Made by a program: the position numbers and the translations under genes. From positions 31,746,001-31,810,000 of the forward strand of contig OZ249440.1 of the NCBI GenBank assembly GCA_965235115.1: a DNA stretch of 64,000 nt, in the 5' to 3' direction. This DNA is from Laetmonice hystrix (taxonomy: Eukaryota). Below are positions 62,179 to 64,000 of the stretch, in pieces. Position 1 is the stretch's first letter; each line of letters begins with the position of its first letter. The notes beneath the pieces are model-generated. The model did no database searches. It was not told where the DNA came from and saw only the letters and a program-made list of their open reading frames with translations.

Positions 62179-62937
62179 GGTGGCGCCAGCTCGGGACACC
62201 CGTAGTACTATACAAGCGCCATCTGATGTAAGAAAACGAACCACACTACTGCTCCACGTCGTATTGAACAAGACTAAGGTTGGAAAACAATTTCTACCAA
62301 ACGGTACCTGTACTTTACGGACATTTACGAGCAATTCACTTGAAAGCCTAAGGTGTTGGCCTCTACTTACGACTATAACACTTGTTGTTGAGACATTCAG
62401 GGTGAGTAAGTGATAAAAGTGTTTGACAATATAGGGGTTTGACTGTATTACCTAGCATTGCTTATCTATTCAATTGTTACACAGAGATACTCGGTGTTGA
62501 CTTTGAATTTACAGTCAATAAACCTAACCCTATTGTTGTCTCAACTTACTATACCGGTCCACTGTTTGAATGTTGCTGAACTTCAGTGATTTTCTTTTAA
62601 TAACTTAGAAAGTTAGCAGTGCTAACTTCAGTGATTTTCTTTTAATAACTTAGAAAGTTAGCAGTGCTTGACCCTGTGGACTTTAAGTACATAAACTTTA
62701 GTTACATTGTACTTAGTGTTAACTTATTTGATATAAGTTAATTTATCACTTGCCAATTTCAATTATACAAACTCGTGCTTTCGAAATTATTCGAACATAG
62801 TACAAGCTTTGTTATTCGAATTTAATACTTGTTCCTTTATTCCTAAGTTCCAGTACACGAACTTAGTGATTCGGTAACTCCGATCTTGGATGGGCAACAA
62901 GTATTTGGCTTAATCTCTGAATTTGATAAATCCTATA

Positions 62938-64000
62938 ATGCCTCCTAAATCCCATAAGAAAGCTACGGAAGAGGAGAGGGAGGAGGAATTCTCATTCAGA
63001 GAGAGTTTTGGGGAACTTATATCTTTCCTCCGTGATTCAATTCAATTTTTCATTCAATGGACTTTATTGCGGACACATCTACATCTACATAGTATGATAA
63101 TACATAGAGGTCCATAGAAACTGGGAACTAGAGACTAAAGGCTAAAGACTAGAACATCAGCTAACCAGAGCCAATGTGTAGCAAGTTAAGCCAATGCCTC
63201 CTTATTCTGGAGACATAATAAATACTGGTAGCAAGTAGCGAAACAATAATGTCATTTACAGAGGCATCAAGCCTACACATGAATCGATGCACAAGGTTAC
63301 GGATAACTGCCTGGCAGCACTGGATTCAGAAAAGAGGAGGGAGGAACGAGATATAGAAAGGCAGAGGCAAAAAGAGGAGCGAGACCAAATAGAACTTGAG
63401 AGGCAAAAGTATACGGAGGCAGAGCTTGCTCAACGGGAGGACGAGCGCGCCCGGTTAGATCAGGAGGGTCGTGCAAGACTGGAGGCCAGTCAGAAACAAA
63501 TGACTAAATTATTGTACATCATGATGGAGAGGCTGGAAGCCCCCAGACAGGAGAAGGAAGTGAAAGGTGCTGAGGCTTTGACTCCGCCGCCACTTTCTCC
63601 ACGACAACCAGTCCTTAAACCTCCCACAACTATGCCAACCCTGTCTCCATCTGGAGCGGTGCCTAAGCATCCCACAGGGACGCAGCACCCTCCTACTATT
63701 GCCCCGCTCCCTCAGGAGCGACAGGCTTCACTTGTCGCTCCGCCAGCAAACCCTTCCCTAGCAAACCCTCAGGAGCGATACGCTCAGCCTGTCCCCCTCT
63801 TAGCGATACCACATGTATCCACTTCCACCCCTAGTCTCCGTGAACGGGAAGCAGAGAGGCAGCGACTCTTCGAGGAAGAGTACGCCGCAACTCTTGGGGT
63901 GATTGAGCGGCAGGCCCAGCAAGGGCCGCCCCGGGAGAGGATGAGCAATGCCAAACTCCGTGAACGGGATGCCACCACAGGTAGCATGGCTCAAAACGTA
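62938..64000 (+). pseudogene. gag-like ORF of the LTR element, runs off the window
   Basis: Starts MPPKSHKK; a frameshift and three in-frame stops, then open from 63239 to 64000 (coiled-coil and Pro-rich); lies downstream of LTR and PBS; no diagnostic motif visible. Confidence 0.55.

Overview
Animal (invertebrate-like) genomic DNA. The whole window lies inside one minus-strand alpha-catenin gene. Eleven coding exons (60922 down to 6042) splice in frame with canonical GT-AG sites and encode the end of the N domain, the M domain, the linker and the start of the actin-binding domain. The first and last exons appear to lie outside the window. The introns are dense with mobile DNA: a full-length but decayed DIRS1-type retrotransposon (17845-23508; gag, RT/RNase H, Dam-like methyltransferase, tyrosine recombinase, intact ITR/ICR ends), TTAA Kolobok-like elements (tandem, self-nested, and one with a THAP remnant), CCGG Ginger-like elements carrying satellites, MITEs with 6-, 9- and 10-bp TSDs, Helentron/HINE-like repeats, and the 5' end of an LTR retrotransposon at the right edge. 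The most interesting unexplained signals are (i) three in-frame phase-0 candidate cassette/micro-exons plus an in-frame alternative acceptor in the nearly TE-free intron at the M-domain/linker junction, and (ii) unrelated minisatellites just downstream of several splice donors. All calls come from reading the sequence by eye; no searches were run, and superfamily labels based only on termini and TSDs are inferences.
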